The position numbers were made by a program, and so were the translations under genes. The notes beneath the pieces are model-generated. The model did not search any database and had not been told where the DNA came from. It saw only the letters and a program-made list of their open reading frames with translations. A stretch of DNA of 10,153 nucleotides from Candidatus Krumholzibacteriia bacterium (GTDB taxonomy: Bacteria; Krumholzibacteriota; Krumholzibacteriia; WVZY01), in assembly GCA_036478295.1 (NCBI GenBank), contig JAZGDW010000206.1:1-10153 (forward strand). Reading direction: 5' to 3'. Shown in pieces: positions 7,978 to 10,153 of this stretch; position 1 is the stretch's first letter, and the number at the start of each line of letters is the position of its first letter.

Positions 7978-8550
7978 ATGCGTTTTCCCGGAATGCTTGC
8001 AGTTTGCGCCGCAGTGATCGCCCTACGGGCGACACCGGCACTTGCATTTCCCACCTTTTCGAGTCCGGTGCACGGGACGCTGGTGTTCCTGCACGTGTTC
8101 GGTGCCATCATTTTTCTCGGCAACCTGATCGTGAGCGCGATGTGGATGGCGAATGCCCGGCGAACGGCCAACCCTGAAGTCCTTTACTTCGCCTCACGAA
8201 TGGTGGCGCGCGCCGACCGGATATTCACGCTGCCCGGCATGGTGTTGATTCTGGTGCCCGGGTTGCTCGTGACAGGGCCCTTCGGCGGATTTCCCGGGGC
8301 GGCCTGGGCCGAGCTGGCGCTGGGCCTGTTCATTATCACTGCGGTCATATGGGGCGCTTTTCTCGTTCGCCTGCAACGAAGTATGATCGAGCTATCGCGC
8401 CAGGCGGTGGTGCAGAAAGTAGCGCTAGAGGAACGCTACTACGATGTTTTCAAACGGTGGATAATGTTTGGCGGGATCGCGACCCTGCTGCCCGTGATCG
8501 CACTGTTCCTGATGGTTTTCAAACCGCATCTGTGGGGGCCGGCGAAATGA
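7978..8550 (+). CDS. DUF2269-like integral membrane protein
   Basis: Strong RBS GAGGAGG at 7966-7972 and ATG at 7978. Four hydrophobic helices, with the motifs FLHVFGAIIFLG, RADRIFTLPG, RLQRSM, KRWIMFG, LFLMVFKP. A short signal-like N-terminal extension (ATPALA-F) is present. Confidence 0.8.
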   Translation: MRFPGMLAVCAAVIALRATPALAFPTFSSPVHGTLVFLHVFGAIIFLGNLIVSAMWMANARRTANPEVLYFASRMVARADRIFTLPGMVLILVPGLLVTGPFGGFPGAAWAELALGLFIITAVIWGAFLVRLQRSMIELSRQAVVQKVALEERYYDVFKRWIMFGGIATLLPVIALFLMVFKPHLWGPAK

Positions 8551-8555
8551 TTCGC

Positions 8556-8668
8556 CCGCCCGCTCGCGGTACCGGTGGCGGCAGGGTGACAGGGCACGCA
8601 GGGACGGTTGATCCGCCCGCTCGCGGTACCGGCGGCGGCGGGGTGACCAGCCACGCACACGGATGGTT
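8556..8668 (+). repeat. 57-bp intergenic tandem duplication (2 copies)
   Basis: Copies start at 8556 and 8613. The first 35 nt are 33/35 identical (CCGCCCGCTCGCGGTACCGG[T/C]GGCGGC[A/G]GGGTGAC), and similarity continues through CACGCA...GGA[C/T]GGTT. Confidence 0.9.
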
Positions 8669-8695
8669 CGCAAAACGTTGGATTGGAGGTGCATC

Positions 8696-9475
8696 GTGCT
8701 AAGACAAGTACTGCTTGTTATGTCGGTTTGTTGTGCTCTTCTGGTTCCGAAGCCTGGTGCCGCCGGGGAGGCCGTGCCGACCCAGGTCATGGTGCGTGCC
8801 ATCGCCAAGGACGCAAAGATTATCGGCACCAAGGTGGGCGGCGTTCGCGTGACCATTCGTGATGCGGCGAGCGGCAAGGTGCTGGCGCAAGGCATGGCGC
8901 AGGGCAAGACCGGCGACACCAAATTGATTATGGTCGAGCCGCACGCGCACGGCGCGTCGCTGTACGACACGCCGGGAGCCGCCGGTTACCTGGCCACCCT
9001 GATGCTCTCCGAACCCACCGTGGTCGAGGTGATCGCCGAGGGCCCACTGGGACATCCGCAGTCCACCCAGCGCGCCAGCAAGACGTTGCTGCTCCTCCCC
9101 GGCCGGGACGTTCTCGGTGACGGCGTGGTTCTCGAGATCCACGGCTTTACCGTGGAAATCCTCGAGCCCGCCGCTGCGGGCCGCTTGCGCCGCGGAGAGG
9201 AACTGACGGTCCGCGCCCGCGTTACCATGACCTGAGGCTGTCCTACCGAGCCCGGGGGGCTCTGGGATGCCGACAAGATGGACGTAATCGCCCGCCTCAT
9301 GCAGCGCGGCCGCGTCATGACCGAAGTACCGCTCGCGTTTTCAGGCGAACAAAGTATCTACTCGGGGGTTATAAAGGTGGAGCACTCGGGGCGTTCGGAG
9401 CTGCAGGTGCTGGCCATCCAGCCAGAGACGGCGAATTTCGGGATTATCAAACAAAGGCTCAAGGTTCGTAATTAA
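8696..9475 (+). CDS. Putative secreted selenoprotein, 259 aa, UxC motif (Sec180 encoded by TGA 9233-9235)
   Basis: GGAGGT RBS at 8685-8690, GTG at 8696, signal peptide MLRQVLLVMSVCCALLVPKPGAA. The frame reads ...VRARVTMT-TGA-GCPTEPGGLWDADKMDVIARL...KVRN-TAA(9473-9475), joining ORFs 8663..9235 and 9278..9475, which share a frame. A SECIS-like hairpin begins directly after the TGA. Confidence 0.82.
9236..9271 (+). promoter_or_regulatory. Putative bacterial SECIS element
   Basis: GGC-u-GUCCUA-cc-GAGCCC-[GGG]-GGGCUC-UGGGAU-GCC. Lower stem 9236-9245 / 9263-9271 (one bulged U, two G-U pairs), a CC bulge, a perfect 6-bp upper stem 9248-9253 / 9257-9262, and an all-G apical loop after an 18-nt spacer from the UGA. 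Confidence 0.72.
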
Positions 9476-10153
9476 GTTCGGATTTCGTTTCATCCTTTTG
9501 CTCGCTGCTGCGGCATTGGGGATTGCTCCCGTGGCGGAGGCTTCATGGGCCGGGGCCGGCTCACCCGCGGGCGTCGTCCAGGAAGCAGAGCACCGCGCCC
9601 CTGCCGGAGAGGTCCAGGCCGCCGAGCGAATCGCCCCTGCCGGGGAAAGTCTGCCCACGGAAGACCGCATCCGCATCGCCGAGGCGTTTCGCATTGCGGA
9701 TGAGCTGGGTGAAAAGGTCTGGCGCGGTTGGAGCGATGCGCCGCGGGCGCTGCTGCTCGTTACGCGCGACAGGGAATACCTCGTCCGCCATCCGTACCCC
9801 ACCGGCGACTTCACACGTGTGGGGTACGATTCGCTGCTTCGAAGCGATGTGTATACACGGGAACGCGTGTACGACCCGAAGCTCCTCGCGACCTTTCCCG
9901 CGGTCGCCGGCGTGCCCACGATCGTCATCGGCCAACCCCGAAACACCGATGCCAGCCATTCCACGCGCTGGGTGATGACACTCCTGCACGAACACTTTCA
10001 CCAGTGGCAGCTGTCGCAGCCGGGGTACTACGATGCGGTAGCTGGCCTTGGCCTCGCCCGTGGCGACACGACCGGCATGTGGATGCTGAACTACGACTTT
10101 CCCTACGACTCGCCGGAGGTGGCGGCCGCCTTCTCCCATCTGTGCAAGAGCGC
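9471..10153 (+). CDS. Secreted HExxH (zincin-like) putative metallopeptidase, 3' truncated; start codon uncertain (ATT 9471 or TTG 9498)
   Basis: Open frame to the window end: IKFGFRFILLLAAAALGIAPVAEA...DRIRIAEAFRIADELGEKVWRGWS...LLATFPAVAGVPTIVIGQP...WVMTLLHEHFHQWQ...GMWMLNYDFPY. It has a signal-like N-terminus and an HEHFH motif. It is missing from the ORF track because there is no stop codon in the window. Confidence 0.8.
   Translation, partial: MKFGFRFILLLAAAALGIAPVAEASWAGAGSPAGVVQEAEHRAPAGEVQAAERIAPAGESLPTEDRIRIAEAFRIADELGEKVWRGWSDAPRALLLVTRDREYLVRHPYPTGDFTRVGYDSLLRSDVYTRERVYDPKLLATFPAVAGVPTIVIGQPRNTDASHSTRWVMTLLHEHFHQWQLSQPGYYDAVAGLGLARGDTTGMWMLNYDFPYDSPEVAAAFSHLCKS
9576..9647 (+). repeat. 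36-bp degenerate coding duplication (VQEAEHRAPAGE / VQAAERIAPAGE)
   Basis: GTCCAGG...CGCCCCTGCCGG.GA recurs at 9576 and 9612. Confidence 0.75.

Noticed and set aside
3407..8550. Sec read-through at the other TGA stops (3407-3409, 4468-4470, 7733-7735, 8548-8550)
   Set aside because: Each falls at the expected C-terminus of a complete protein family member, with no Cys/redox motif context.
8556..8668. CRISPR array
   Set aside because: There are only two units, the would-be spacers resemble each other, and no cas genes or leader are present. It is a simple tandem duplication.
8663..9475. Treating 8663..9235 and 9278..9475 as two genes or as a nonsense pseudogene
   Set aside because: They share one frame and are separated only by a TGA in a UxC context with an adjacent SECIS-like hairpin. 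There are no other lesions, and ATG 9278 has no convincing RBS.

Overview
GC-rich bacterial region, mostly + strand, standard code with UGA used as the normal stop of several genes. Left to right: the 3' end of a hypothetical protein; a secreted Gly-rich protein built of 15-aa repeats, followed by an intrinsic terminator; a convergent DNA polymerase IV gene (dinB, - strand); then a + strand run of a metallo-beta-lactamase-fold protein with a degenerate metal site (His to Arg), a lipoprotein isoaspartyl peptidase/L-asparaginase, a SolA/monomeric sarcosine oxidase family flavoenzyme, a secreted M14 zinc carboxypeptidase, a DUF2269-like membrane protein, a secreted protein and a truncated HExxH protein. 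The top finding is that the ORF caller splits 8696..9475 at an in-frame TGA (9233-9235). This TGA lies in a U-G-C-P motif and is followed immediately by a bacterial SECIS-like hairpin, so the gene is probably a secreted UxC selenoprotein. Also notable: two related, oppositely oriented palindromic intergenic elements (4496-4701 and about 7747-7851) with apparently compensatory stem changes, and a probable ATT start overlapping the selenoprotein stop codon. Family names come from motif recognition only; no searches were run.
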